A stretch of DNA of 64,000 bases from a virus (IMGVR_UViG_3300021400_004456), one strand, 5' to 3'. Counted from the stretch's first letter, positions 38,011 through 48,395 are shown. Translations and numbers: made by a program. The notes: generated from the letters alone by a model not told the origin.

Positions 38011-38023
38011 AAACACCTAATAT
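38011..38023 (+). promoter_or_regulatory. class-A motif
   Basis: aaacacctaatat, 36 nt before ATG 38059. Confidence 0.5.
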
Positions 38024-38058
38024 TTATAATAATTTTTAATATATTCAAGGAGAAAGAA

Positions 38059-38325
38059 ATGAAAGTCAAATATACAGATGAAAATAATTTTGCTTATACT
38101 AAAGGATTAACCTTAAACAAAGAATATGAGGCAACTTTATGCGAAATTCATAACTCTATGTCTTATGTTCACCTTATAAATGATGAAGGAAAAGAAGCGT
38201 CTTACACTAGTGTATTGTTTGACGAAGAATTTCAAAACGAGTTTCATAAAGCAATTTATGATTTCAACAGAAATCAAAGACCTGTCGGCTATCGTTATGG
38301 AATTTTCGAAAAAAATTATTTATGA
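38059..38325 (+). CDS. hypothetical protein
   Basis: 88 aa with AAGGAG RBS. Confidence 0.45.
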   Translation: MKVKYTDENNFAYTKGLTLNKEYEATLCEIHNSMSYVHLINDEGKEASYTSVLFDEEFQNEFHKAIYDFNRNQRPVGYRYGIFEKNYL

Positions 38326-38407
38326 TAAAGTTTGAACTTGAAGAAAACACTGAGAAAAAGCATAGCTAAAATGTAGTAAAGTGAACTATTAAAAAGGAGA
38401 TGTTGTA

Positions 38408-38614
38408 ATGCAAATTACTTTAAAATTTGAAGGCATTGACTGTGCGAGTTGTGCTAGTAAACTGGAAAATAAATTAAATAAAATTAAAGGCGTAGAAGCT
38501 AATATTAGCTTTATTGCAGGCAAGATTTTATTGAATTTAGAAACAGAAGAACTTTTAGAAGTAGTTAAAAAAACTTGTTATAAAGTTGAACCAGATATAA
38601 AATTATCTTTATAA
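38408..38614 (+). CDS. heavy-metal-associated (HMA) domain protein, CopZ-like metallochaperone fold
   Basis: GIDCASCA (the MxCxxC-type metal-binding loop) followed by ..IKGVEANISFIAGKILLNLE.., the ferredoxin-like HMA pattern. 68 aa. Confidence 0.6.
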   Translation: MQITLKFEGIDCASCASKLENKLNKIKGVEANISFIAGKILLNLETEELLEVVKKTCYKVEPDIKLSL

Positions 38615-38637
38615 AATAAAACCAGAGGTAAATATTA

Positions 38638-39270
38638 ATGAGAAAAATGCTTATATATGTTCCTAAAGAAAAACCTTATTTATATGTTAATCCTGATGTG
38701 TTAAAAACATCTTATGATAGATATATTCTTTCTAATGAAAAATATTTTTCTGCATTCGGAGAATCATTAATACCTTTAAATGGAAAAATTATGGGTGAGT
38801 TTGAATATGAAATTGAACACGTTATGACTAATGGATTATATGATAGATTTAGCACTTCTAAAACCGAGCAAGAAGAATTGTTAAAAAAGTCTTGCTTAAC
38901 TTTAGAAGAAATGCACAATTATCTTTTAGGAAATAAAGATGGTGGTTGGTCAATCAAAATTAAAAATCTTAATATATATGACCGGCCTAAAGAATTAAGT
39001 GATTTTTATAAAGACGATAAAGGCTTCCAAACTGCTGTTGAATATTATAATTGGTATTTACCTGCTGATTGTAAATTTATTCATCCTATAGATAGAGCTC
39101 CTCAAAATATGATGTATGCAAGAGATAGGATGCTTAATGAATATATTTTAATCTCAATCAGATCTAAGTGGTCTTATGAAATTGCTAAAGGCAATAAAAC
39201 ATTTGAAATTCGTAGAAAAATTTTAAATGAAATGTATAAACGATATTGTTCAGGAGAGTTTTATGAGTAA
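38638..39270 (+). CDS. hypothetical protein with C-terminal ASCH-like segment
   Basis: ILISIRSKWSYEIAKGNKTFEIRRK resembles the ASCH-domain core (..SIKP.YA..I..G.KT.ELRR). The assignment is tentative. Confidence 0.45.
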   Translation: MRKMLIYVPKEKPYLYVNPDVLKTSYDRYILSNEKYFSAFGESLIPLNGKIMGEFEYEIEHVMTNGLYDRFSTSKTEQEELLKKSCLTLEEMHNYLLGNKDGGWSIKIKNLNIYDRPKELSDFYKDDKGFQTAVEYYNWYLPADCKFIHPIDRAPQNMMYARDRMLNEYILISIRSKWSYEIAKGNKTFEIRRKILNEMYKRYCSGEFYE

Positions 39271-39347
39271 AAAAAATAATTTGTGATATTGATTATGCCG
39301 GTGGTAAACATTTCCCTGTTGGTGAAACTAAAAATAAAATATGGGAA

Positions 39348-39620
39348 ATGTTAGATAACAAACTTGTTAAAGGTGAAGATGTTCATATTACTTTAAATTC
39401 ACCTTTGCAATTATTAGCTGTAGATTATTACGCTATAAAAAATAATTGTATTCTCGAAGTAAAAATTCCTACAGAAACTAATGGTTTTAAAGTAGTTTCT
39501 GGAGAAAATTTGTATGAAGCTCATTATTATTTAAATAAAGAATATATAGATTTAGAAAATGAGTTTTCAAAATTTGAAATTGAATTAGAAGAACAAACTA
39601 AAAAACTAAAAAGGAGTTGA
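39348..39620 (+). CDS. hypothetical protein (may begin upstream at ATG 39263 via a frame change at an A8 run)
   Basis: The reading frame is open from 39267 and coding-like (..IICDIDYAGGKHFPVGETKNKIWE) before the first ATG at 39348. Confidence 0.45.
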   Translation: MLDNKLVKGEDVHITLNSPLQLLAVDYYAIKNNCILEVKIPTETNGFKVVSGENLYEAHYYLNKEYIDLENEFSKFEIELEEQTKKLKRS

Positions 39621-39624
39621 AATA

Positions 39625-40335
39625 ATGAATAAAGAACTTTTTGATTATATCGCTTTTGAACATAAGCGATATTATTTGAATAATCAAGATTATGCTGCCA
39701 ATCTCAAATCAATTGAAGAATATAATAAAGAAATTTATTCTAATTTTGATGAAAATATAACATTAACTGATGAAGAAAAGGCTTTTGCATTATGGAATTG
39801 GAATATAGGCTATGAAAGAATTCAGTCTCTATCTTCTGTTTTAAGATTCCCTATTAAAGATGAAGAATTTCTCGAATCCGAAAAGCAAATTTTAGATATT
39901 TTTTCTAAAATAGATGCAAAGGAAGTTTATATTTATTCTAAAAGAACAGCCAATTATTTTTATCTTTTTTCTTCTGATAATATAAATTTAAATGTTGAAA
40001 ATAAAGAAATTGTCAATGATTTTAAAGAAGAAGTTTCATCTGATAATATTGTAACGTCGAATATAAATTCAAATATAAGTCAAAAAAATAATCAAGCAAT
40101 TTTCAATTCATCCGATTTAGATACTGCTTTACATAACAATGATTACAAATTAGCATTTATTTTAATTCATAAAGAAATCAAAAAAATTGATGAATTAATT
40201 AGTCGTAAAAAGACTTCACAGTTAGTAATAGATGATGTAAAATTTGAGCTTTCTCCTTTAGAAACAGAAATGTATCTTACTAGAAAGAAAAAACTTCTAG
40301 AAAAACAGGCTCAAAATCTTTTAACTAAAATATAA
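39625..40335 (+). CDS. hypothetical protein
   Basis: 236 aa with AAGGAG RBS. Terminator at 40347-40370. Confidence 0.5.
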   Translation: MNKELFDYIAFEHKRYYLNNQDYAANLKSIEEYNKEIYSNFDENITLTDEEKAFALWNWNIGYERIQSLSSVLRFPIKDEEFLESEKQILDIFSKIDAKEVYIYSKRTANYFYLFSSDNINLNVENKEIVNDFKEEVSSDNIVTSNINSNISQKNNQAIFNSSDLDTALHNNDYKLAFILIHKEIKKIDELISRKKTSQLVIDDVKFELSPLETEMYLTRKKKLLEKQAQNLLTKI

Positions 40336-40346
40336 TATTAAAAAAA

Positions 40347-40370
40347 CAGGCTTAATGCCTGCTTTTTTGT
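40347..40370 (+). terminator. Rho-independent terminator
   Basis: Stem caggc/gcctg followed by tttttt. Confidence 0.55.
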
Positions 40371-40419
40371 TTTTAAACATAAAAATTATGAAACATTTTA
40401 AAAGCGAGGGATATTTTAT

Positions 40420-40857
40420 ATGATAAAAACAAGTTATTTTGCTAAATATAAGAAACCTAATGGTGTAGCAATAACTCTTTATCCACCTAAGTGGTATGAT
40501 GGCCCTGTATATAAAGATTTAGCTCCTACTGAAAAAATTTTAGCTTGGTTTAAAGGCTTACCTAAAGAAGAACAAGAAACTCCTAAAACTGCTAGAATTT
40601 ATGAGACTCTTTATAGAAGAGATGTATTAGCTCACTTAGATGTTCATAAAGTTGCTAATGATTTAGAAAATAAAGTTTTACTTTGTTATGAAACATCAGA
40701 TAAATTTTGTCATAGACACGTTGTAGCTAAATGGCTACGTGAAAATGGATATGAATGCCGTGAAACTGAAATGAATGATCAAGATTTATATTTGTATTAT
40801 GGTAAACTTTATGAAATGTTTGGTGATAAATTACAAATCTTAGAAAAAGAAAAATAA
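40420..40857 (+). CDS. DUF488-family protein
   Basis: The C-terminal ..VLLCYETSDKFCHRHVVAKWL matches the DUF488 signature (LLCxE..xxCHR..IA.WL). Confidence 0.55.
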   Translation: MIKTSYFAKYKKPNGVAITLYPPKWYDGPVYKDLAPTEKILAWFKGLPKEEQETPKTARIYETLYRRDVLAHLDVHKVANDLENKVLLCYETSDKFCHRHVVAKWLRENGYECRETEMNDQDLYLYYGKLYEMFGDKLQILEKEK

Positions 40858-40880
40858 GGAAGTTCATCTTCCTTTTTCTT
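40857..40880 (+). terminator. Rho-independent terminator
   Basis: Stem aggaag/cttcct followed by ttttt. Confidence 0.6.
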
Positions 40881-40896
40881 TTGCAATGGTTGTTTT

Positions 40897-40909
40897 AAAT
40901 ACCTAATGT
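40897..40909 (+). promoter_or_regulatory. degenerate class-A motif
   Basis: taaatacctaatg; followed by a class-B motif at 40933-40943. Confidence 0.3.
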
Positions 40910-41088
40910 GGATGCTCAAAAATTATTATTTTTTTAAAACATAATACAAGTGTAATTAATTTTACTGATGAGCTTATCACTCATTAAAAAACACAGATCT
41001 GAGGAAAGGATTCTATTCAAAAAGCTTGATAACCTTTTTCGAATAGACTGTGCCACTTATTTCCAGGCACATCGAGGAATATAAAAAT

Positions 41089-41538
41089 ATGGAAATGAAA
41101 AATTTAATTTTAATTGCAAATATAATTCTTGCAGTAGTTTTATTGATCGCTGGTGCTGTATTACTTTTAAATAAGAAAAGAAAGCATCGTGTTATTAAGA
41201 GAATCGCTGGTGCATTCTCAATTGCTGCTGCTATATGTGCAGTAGCTCTTGGTGTAGTCGGCTCTCGTGCTGCTTCTTACAATACTACAAATGTAGTTAT
41301 TGAAGATGCAGCTGAAGTAGTTCCTACATCAGAACTTTATAGAGGTTCTATCACAGTAGGAACAGAATTGGCCGTTTGTTCTTACAAAGGAAAGACTGTA
41401 GCTGTTGCTGCTTTCACCCCTGTTACTGACGGTTCTAAAACAGTATATTTCGAAGTATTTTCAAATGATACTGTTAAGGTAACAATTGAAGGCACTTCAT
41501 ACACTGCTCCTGCAGAATTAGTAGCATTATTTAGATGA
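41089..41538 (+). CDS. membrane-anchored protein with beta-rich ectodomain; atypical codon usage
   Basis: Two N-terminal TM helices. The C-terminal part is Val/Thr/Ala/Gly-rich and uses GC-richer codons (gct, gta, ggt) than its neighbours. It has a long structured leader. Confidence 0.5.
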   Translation: MEMKNLILIANIILAVVLLIAGAVLLLNKKRKHRVIKRIAGAFSIAAAICAVALGVVGSRAASYNTTNVVIEDAAEVVPTSELYRGSITVGTELAVCSYKGKTVAVAAFTPVTDGSKTVYFEVFSNDTVKVTIEGTSYTAPAELVALFR

Positions 41539-41540
41539 TT

Positions 41541-41570
41541 AAAAGGGATTTATTCCCTTTTTTTCTTTTT
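41541..41570 (+). terminator. Rho-independent terminator (copy of the 4002 hairpin)
   Basis: aaaagggatttattcccttttttt. Confidence 0.65.
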
Positions 41571-41586
41571 TCTCAAAATTTTCCTA

Positions 41587-41599
41587 TTTTAAAACATAA
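41587..41599 (+). promoter_or_regulatory. class-B motif
   Basis: ttttaaaacataa, 31 nt before ATG 41630. Confidence 0.5.
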
Positions 41600-41629
41600 T
41601 TGAATTATTCTGGCAAGAGGTGAATGGAA

Positions 41630-42268
41630 ATGCTTTTGGAACAAACTCAAAAAAATCTACAATATTTTCAAGAAAGATTTTCAAATTTTTTTGATGTAAA
41701 AGAATATTTAAGAATTAAATCTTGTTTTAAAGAAGAAACAGTTATAACTAAAATTGTTTATACCGATTCAGATTTTAATATGGTTACAATTTATTGTTAT
41801 ATAGATGAAGATGATATTTTTCATATTGAAGATGAAAATGGCAATTCTTATATTGACGAATTAAGATTAAATCACTTTAAAGATGAAGATTTGATTCATT
41901 TTATTAAAACAGGTGAAACCAAATTTTATGAAATTAACAAAGTTTTAGGCTTAAAAGTTTATTGTAGAAAAAATGACAATCAAAAATATTATAAAGTATC
42001 TTTTTGTGATTGTGACGGAAAAAGCATTTTATCTTTTAAGCCAAAAGATGATAAACAATGTAATAAAGTAGATGACTTGTGGTATTTTCTTTCTTCGATA
42101 GGTTCTAAAAACGAGTTTATAGATTATTTATCTTGCTTTGGCAAAATCAAAGAAATTTCAAAGCCATCAGAAGCTTCTTTTTCTTACAAGCTTAACGATT
42201 TTTATTTCACTTTTGAATTAGATTTAGAAAAAGCATTCACTAATAATTTTTATTTCGTAGAAAAGTAG
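41630..42268 (+). CDS. hypothetical protein
   Basis: AGAGGTG RBS is properly spaced to ATG 41630. Confidence 0.5.
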   Translation: MLLEQTQKNLQYFQERFSNFFDVKEYLRIKSCFKEETVITKIVYTDSDFNMVTIYCYIDEDDIFHIEDENGNSYIDELRLNHFKDEDLIHFIKTGETKFYEINKVLGLKVYCRKNDNQKYYKVSFCDCDGKSILSFKPKDDKQCNKVDDLWYFLSSIGSKNEFIDYLSCFGKIKEISKPSEASFSYKLNDFYFTFELDLEKAFTNNFYFVEK

Positions 42269-42333
42269 TTATATTCGTAAAACATAAGTTTAAATGTAAA
42301 GTATAAAAATTAGAGGAAGGAATAAATGGAGAA

Positions 42334-42948
42334 ATGATAAAATTTAAACTTAAAAAATACAAAGATGGTTCTGGCATTTTGTGTATTGGAACCAAAGAAG
42401 TTCTTTCTTTTTCTAATGATGGTGAAAAATATGAGTTATTATGTGAAGAAAAATATAACAAACAATTTTTAACGGATTGTTGTTCTAAAATTAAATATAC
42501 TTATGAGCCATCTGTTTACAATTTAATTAATTTCATTTGTAAACTTGAAATAGTAAAAAATAACATCAAGAAATTTAAAGATTCAGATAATCCTGATGAT
42601 AAGCAAAGAAATGGTCATTTTCATTTATTTCATATTGGAAAAGTCTTTCGTAAAAATTTAAATAAAAATGGTTATGCAACTTTTGCTTCAAGAAAGTTTA
42701 CCACTAATACTAAAAATGGAGAAAAAGTAATTACTCAAGTAGATCCTGCTCATTCTAAGCAAGCTTTTGTTGAATGGCTTACTCAAAATAATGCTGAATT
42801 ATTAGAAGACTATATTACTTTTGAAACTAAAGAAGATATTGATGCTTGGTTAACAATTTCTGATGATGTTGAGAATAAAGAACTTAAAACTACTCAACCT
42901 AAAACTGCTCAACCTCAACAAATGAGTTTGTTTGACTGGTTCTTATAG
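42334..42948 (+). CDS. hypothetical protein
   Basis: 204-aa ORF. Confidence 0.5.
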   Translation: MIKFKLKKYKDGSGILCIGTKEVLSFSNDGEKYELLCEEKYNKQFLTDCCSKIKYTYEPSVYNLINFICKLEIVKNNIKKFKDSDNPDDKQRNGHFHLFHIGKVFRKNLNKNGYATFASRKFTTNTKNGEKVITQVDPAHSKQAFVEWLTQNNAELLEDYITFETKEDIDAWLTISDDVENKELKTTQPKTAQPQQMSLFDWFL

Positions 42949-42976
42949 TGGATACTTGGCTATCCACTTTTTTTAT
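42949..42976 (+). terminator. Rho-independent terminator
   Basis: Stem gtggata/tatccac followed by ttttttt. Confidence 0.7.
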
Positions 42977-43012
42977 TATAATCCGCTTTTATTTAGTAAA
43001 ATGATTATATAA

Positions 43013-43025
43013 AAACACCTAATAT
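43013..43025 (+). promoter_or_regulatory. class-A motif
   Basis: aaacacctaatat, 25 nt before ATG 43050. Confidence 0.5.
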
Positions 43026-43049
43026 AATAATAACAAGGAGTTTGTAATA

Positions 43050-43811
43050 ATGTCTAATAATAAGGTTTATACTCATCTAAAAAGATTAATATATTTAAGT
43101 TTCTTCATCACATTAGTTATTTTTTGTTTTAACTTGGATATGTTTTCATCGTATAGTGTGTATCAAAAGATCTTTGAATGTCCATTCTTACTTGTTTTTT
43201 ATGGACTTACTAAGATAATGTCATTCCAGTTAGCATATGTTCTAATGTACATTTTAACATTTATTTTGTTAGCGGATTCATCGTCGCTAATTGGATTGTC
43301 AAAAAAATATGTTGTTCTTTTAAAAAAATTAATAGATATAAAAAAAGAACCAACATCTAGCGATGAAGAATACATAGCTCAAACTAATAAAATGATAGAT
43401 TTAATGGAAAAAGAACAATTTTCTTTAACAACAATCTTTTTATCATTATTGTCAACATTCTTATATGTTAATTTTATGATTGTAATGCTAAGTGAAATAA
43501 AGACTTTCGAACCACTTTCACAAATAGAAAAAACATTCTTATGGTTCAATTTTAATGAAAGTAATTTATTGTTGTTTATCTTAACAATATTTTTTGTTAT
43601 AGTAAGCCATATAGTTTTAATCTTAACTTCCAAAAAAGAAAAGAATATTAAAATATTAAAAATATTATTTTATTTAGCCGGTATTTCTTTATTATTAAAT
43701 CCTATTTATAATTATCCAGCGTTTGATTTATTCTTTATTTTCTTAACTCTAAAAACTATTATTGTAAAACTATTTAACACTTTTATCAAAAAAGGAGGAC
43801 GCTTTAAATGA
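43050..43811 (+). CDS. polytopic membrane protein
   Basis: At least five hydrophobic helices. AAGGAG RBS. Class-A motif at 43013-43025. Confidence 0.5.
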   Translation: MSNNKVYTHLKRLIYLSFFITLVIFCFNLDMFSSYSVYQKIFECPFLLVFYGLTKIMSFQLAYVLMYILTFILLADSSSLIGLSKKYVVLLKKLIDIKKEPTSSDEEYIAQTNKMIDLMEKEQFSLTTIFLSLLSTFLYVNFMIVMLSEIKTFEPLSQIEKTFLWFNFNESNLLLFILTIFFVIVSHIVLILTSKKEKNIKILKILFYLAGISLLLNPIYNYPAFDLFFIFLTLKTIIVKLFNTFIKKGGRFK

Positions 43812-46800
43812 AAAGAATTCTTTCTAAAATTAACAATCCTATTTTAAATACAGTATTTGCTAATGTTCAAGCTTCATATAAAGCTGACACTGAATGTCCA
43901 AATCTTTTCTGTATTAGTTTTGATAGCGATAATATCAATTCTAAAACATTATCTCTATTAGCCACTGAATTATCTAAAACTTTTGATAAAACTAAGTATT
44001 CTTATTTCACTTTTGCTACAAATAATAAATCAATTGAATTGTTAAACACTTTAGTTTCATTAAATTTTCCTGATTATAATACTTATGGAAGCAACAATCA
44101 TTTAAATATTGATTTTAATAATCATTTTACTTCCCCTGATGATAAAGTTATCATTGAAAGAATGGCTGTTTTATTAGGCTTTAAAGCATCCGTTATTAAG
44201 CCATCTAATAGTTACAATAAAGAACAAGAATTTGATAAATGGGTTCCTAATAAATATAACAACAATAATGTTTTCAAAAACTCTAATGCAGGCTATTTTG
44301 CTCTTACAGAATTACCTAGAACAAAACAAGAATTAGAAGATTTTACGTTCTCAAGAGTTACTGTTGAAGGTGAAATCTTTTCTATTGATGCAAGAGAAAC
44401 TAAAAACGGTAAAATTATGACTGTTGTTAAAATTACCAATTATCAAGAAAGTGCTTTAGTTCGTTTCTTTACATCTAAACCATTAAACTTAAAAAATCAT
44501 ATGAATATAAAAGTTGCTGGTAAAATCGTTTATGATGAATATTTGCAAACTATTTGTATTCAAGGAGAAGAAAAAAATCTAGAACTTGACACAATGGGTT
44601 CTTATACTTCTGAACTTGATTTAGAAGGTGAAGACTCTAAATTACAAAGAGTTGAATTAAATGTTCATACAAACTTTTCTACTCAAGATGGTATGTCTCA
44701 CGCCGAAGATTACTTTAAGGTAGCAAAACATTTTGGTATCAATGCATTAACTATTACTGACAATGATGGCGTTCAGGCGTTTCCAGAAGTTGAAAAATTG
44801 GCGAAGAAATATAATATCACTGCCAACTATGGTGTTGAAATGAATGTTATCAACACCGATGAATACAAAATTTTCTATAATAGAACTAATATTAAAGATA
44901 CTTCTAAAGTAAATTTTGTTGCTGTCGATATTGAAACAACAGGCTTCTCTGGTATTTATGATAGAATTATTGAAATTGGTGCAGTTAATTTATCAACAGG
45001 TGAAACATTTGATAAGTTAATTAAAATTGATGATCCTGAAAGATTAACTGATAAAATTATTGAATTAACTGGTATCACTCCAAAGCTATTAGAAGCCGAA
45101 GGTGAAGATTACGAAGAAGTAATGAAAGCCTTTGTTGAATTTGCAGGTGATAGCGTTCTTATTGGTCACAATGCCACATTCGACGTTTATTTTATAGAAA
45201 ATCAATATAAAATTTTATTCAATAAAACTATTAAATATTCATTTGTAGATACATTAAATATGTCTCGTTCTTTATTAAGAGATAAAATGAAATTATTTGG
45301 TCTTGATAAGGTTTGTAAAAAATGTGGTGTTGAATTAGAAACTCACCATAGAGCTTACTGTGATGCTAAGGCCTCTGGTGGCATTTTTACAACTTTAAAG
45401 AAAGAATTAAGCACTACTGAAGGTGAGGTAGGTTCTGCTGATTTGTTAAACTATGAAGTTAGAACAAGTTCAAAGACTTCAAAAGAAGCTATGGAAAATT
45501 ATTTAAATGAAAATAATGTTTCTTATACTGCTGATGGTAATAAAACAATTACTTTCTCTTTTGCTATGAAAAACTTCAATCCAGGAGACTTTAAGTATAA
45601 AGTAGTTTCTTGCTTAAAGCATAGAGAATTCGATTTAAATGAATTAAATGAATTGATTACTATGGAAGATATTTTAAATCACGCTAGAGGAACACATTAT
45701 AATTTTATTGCTAAAAATCAAAAAGGTTTAAAAGCAATGTATAAAATGATTTCATTAGCTAGTACTGAAAGAATTACTTCTCGTGGTGTAGCAATTTTTG
45801 AAAGTGACATTGTTAATAACAAAGAATTATTAGATAACTGTTTCATTGGAACATCTGGTAATTTGGGTATGTTCAAAACATTATTCGAAAAAGGTTTTGA
45901 TCACATTGGTTCTATGCTAAACGTAATCAATTATATTGAATTACAATCATTAGAAGCTTATGCCTCAGTATCCGATTCACCTTTTAAGTATCATCATATT
46001 AAAGATTGTGTATTATCTCTTTATGAATACTCAAAGAAAAATAAAATTCCTATGTGCTATACTTCAAATGTTCACTATGCATATCCTAAAATCGGACAAT
46101 ATAGAAACATTTTAGTTAATACATTAAGAGTAGGTCATATTTCTCACGACTTAAAGGGTGTAGATAATATTGGTTTTGCTGGTTTTATAAAAACTGATGA
46201 TTTAGTAAAAACTTTAAAAGATGATTATGGTTTTATTGCTCCTACTGCTCAAAAAATGATTTTTGATAATCCTCAATCTTTACAATCTCAAATTGAGCCT
46301 ATAGTTATTATTCCTAATAAGTTATTCGTTCCTTCTGATGATTTCTTAAAAGATAAGGTATTGGATGTAGTTGGACATAAAGTAGCATCTATTAAAGAAG
46401 AATTCTTATCTATTCTAGCTGAATCATTAAAGAAATATGAAATTGACGGTAAATTGCCTGAATATATTCAAAATCGTTATGATAAAGAAGTTAACGCTTT
46501 ATTATCTACTGGTTACTATATCATTTATTATATTTGTTACTTATTAGTTAAGAAATCTAATGATGATGGCTATGTTGTAGGTTCAAGAGGCTCTGTTGGT
46601 TCATCATTTATTGCTAACCTTTTACATATTTCTGATGTTAATTCATTAGCTCCTCATTATAGATGTCCTAAATGTAATTATCAAATGTATAAGGGTGTAA
46701 AAGATTTATTTGTTGAAGAAGATATTTTTGGCGATTTAACAAGTAAATATAATGATAGTAAATTAAGAAAGAATATTAATAGTGTTCAAGATGGTTACGA

Positions 46801-48319
46801 TTTACCAAAAGCAAAATGTCCTTGCTGTGGTGAAGAGTTAATTAGAGATGGACACGATATTCCATTTGAAACATTCTTAGGATTTAATGGAGATAAAGTT
46901 CCTGATATCGACTTAAACTTTAGTGGTGAATATCAAGGAAAGGCCCATAATTTCTGTAAAGAGGTTTTTGGTGCCGAATATTCTTTTAGAGCCGGAACTG
47001 TTCAAACTATTGCAGAAAAAACTGCTGAAAATTTTACAAAAGATTATTATGCTTCAATAGGACAAAAAGTATCAGATACTGAATGTTCTCGCAGAAGTGT
47101 TTATATTACTGATATTAAAAAAACAACTGGACAACATCCGGCAGGTATTGTTGTAATTCCAGAAGGATATGAAATTGAAGATTTTACTCCAGTTCAATAT
47201 CCGGCAAATGATCCTAATAATGATTTCAAAACAACTCACTTTGATTATCACGGAGCCTTAGATGAAGTATTATTAAAGTTCGATATTCTAGGACACGATG
47301 ATCCAACATTATTAAAATTTTTAATGGATAATGTAAAAGCTAATCCTTCAAATTATCCTTTTGATAATGTAGCCGATATTCCCGTAGTCGATAAAGAAAC
47401 TTATGACTTCTTACGAACTAATGATAAAGGTAAAGTTAATTCTTGGGGTATTTCTGAATTCGGAACTAATTTCGTTCAAGGTATGTTGAAGAAAACTAAT
47501 CCTCAATCCTTTGCAGAACTAGTTAAAATATCTGGTTTATCACACGGAACTGATGTATGGCAAACCAATGCCGAAGCTTTAGTTGAGGGTTCTACTAAAT
47601 ATGGTAAAATCCCATTTGAGCAAACAATCGGATGTCGTGATGATATTATGGTTCAATTAATCGAATACGGTTTAGAACCTAAAATGGCTTTTGATATTAT
47701 GGAATTTGTAAGAAAAGGTAAATTACACAAAGAACCTGAAACTTCTAAAGAAAAATGGGAAAAGTATCAAACTGTTATGAGAGAACACAAAGTTCCTGAA
47801 TGGTATATTTGGTCTTTATCAAGAATTAAATATATGTTCCCTAAAGGTCACGCTGTTGCTTATGTAACATCGGCATTAAAGATTGCTTGGTTTAAAGCTC
47901 ATAGGCCTATGGATTATTATCAAGCATATTTCTCAATTCGTGCTGAAGGTTCGATGGATGCACATATAATGTCTTCTAATGATGTTGAAAAACTTAAAGC
48001 TGAAATTGAAAGAATTAAAAAAGATAAAAATGCAACTATCACTGAAAAAGATAGAGTTACTTTCCTTGAAGTTGAAATTGAAATGTTAGAGCGTGGTATT
48101 AAATTTGCTGCCCCTGATATTAACAAGAGTCATTATTCTAAATTTATTCCATTAGATGATAATACATTATTAATGCCTTTATCTTCTATTTCTGGAGTTG
48201 GTTTAGCAATTGCTCAAAGTGTATATGAAAACAGACCTTACAATTCTATTGAAGAATTAAAAGAAAAAGGAAAAGCTAATAAAACCTTTATTGAAGGATA
48301 TCAGCAATTAAATCACTAA
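43808..48319 (+). CDS. polC: DNA polymerase III alpha subunit, PolC type
   Basis: 1503 aa. A DEDD 3'-5' exonuclease (VAVDIETTGFS ... HNATFD ... HRAYCD) is inserted in the PHP/polymerase region, which is the PolC-specific layout. OB-like N-terminal region. GGAGG RBS. Confidence 0.9.
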   Translation: MKRILSKINNPILNTVFANVQASYKADTECPNLFCISFDSDNINSKTLSLLATELSKTFDKTKYSYFTFATNNKSIELLNTLVSLNFPDYNTYGSNNHLNIDFNNHFTSPDDKVIIERMAVLLGFKASVIKPSNSYNKEQEFDKWVPNKYNNNNVFKNSNAGYFALTELPRTKQELEDFTFSRVTVEGEIFSIDARETKNGKIMTVVKITNYQESALVRFFTSKPLNLKNHMNIKVAGKIVYDEYLQTICIQGEEKNLELDTMGSYTSELDLEGEDSKLQRVELNVHTNFSTQDGMSHAEDYFKVAKHFGINALTITDNDGVQAFPEVEKLAKKYNITANYGVEMNVINTDEYKIFYNRTNIKDTSKVNFVAVDIETTGFSGIYDRIIEIGAVNLSTGETFDKLIKIDDPERLTDKIIELTGITPKLLEAEGEDYEEVMKAFVEFAGDSVLIGHNATFDVYFIENQYKILFNKTIKYSFVDTLNMSRSLLRDKMKLFGLDKVCKKCGVELETHHRAYCDAKASGGIFTTLKKELSTTEGEVGSADLLNYEVRTSSKTSKEAMENYLNENNVSYTADGNKTITFSFAMKNFNPGDFKYKVVSCLKHREFDLNELNELITMEDILNHARGTHYNFIAKNQKGLKAMYKMISLASTERITSRGVAIFESDIVNNKELLDNCFIGTSGNLGMFKTLFEKGFDHIGSMLNVINYIELQSLEAYASVSDSPFKYHHIKDCVLSLYEYSKKNKIPMCYTSNVHYAYPKIGQYRNILVNTLRVGHISHDLKGVDNIGFAGFIKTDDLVKTLKDDYGFIAPTAQKMIFDNPQSLQSQIEPIVIIPNKLFVPSDDFLKDKVLDVVGHKVASIKEEFLSILAESLKKYEIDGKLPEYIQNRYDKEVNALLSTGYYIIYYICYLLVKKSNDDGYVVGSRGSVGSSFIANLLHISDVNSLAPHYRCPKCNYQMYKGVKDLFVEEDIFGDLTSKYNDSKLRKNINSVQDGYDLPKAKCPCCGEELIRDGHDIPFETFLGFNGDKVPDIDLNFSGEYQGKAHNFCKEVFGAEYSFRAGTVQTIAEKTAENFTKDYYASIGQKVSDTECSRRSVYITDIKKTTGQHPAGIVVIPEGYEIEDFTPVQYPANDPNNDFKTTHFDYHGALDEVLLKFDILGHDDPTLLKFLMDNVKANPSNYPFDNVADIPVVDKETYDFLRTNDKGKVNSWGISEFGTNFVQGMLKKTNPQSFAELVKISGLSHGTDVWQTNAEALVEGSTKYGKIPFEQTIGCRDDIMVQLIEYGLEPKMAFDIMEFVRKGKLHKEPETSKEKWEKYQTVMREHKVPEWYIWSLSRIKYMFPKGHAVAYVTSALKIAWFKAHRPMDYYQAYFSIRAEGSMDAHIMSSNDVEKLKAEIERIKKDKNATITEKDRVTFLEVEIEMLERGIKFAAPDINKSHYSKFIPLDDNTLLMPLSSISGVGLAIAQSVYENRPYNSIEELKEKGKANKTFIEGYQQLNH

Positions 48320-48382
48320 AAATATCACCTTAATTAGTTTTTTCTAAAAATCGCTTTTTAAGGTAATATATTACTTTTAATA

Positions 48383-48395
48383 AACACCTAATATA
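48383..48395 (+). promoter_or_regulatory. class-A motif
   Basis: aaacacctaatat; a class-B motif follows at 48442-48452. Confidence 0.5.
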
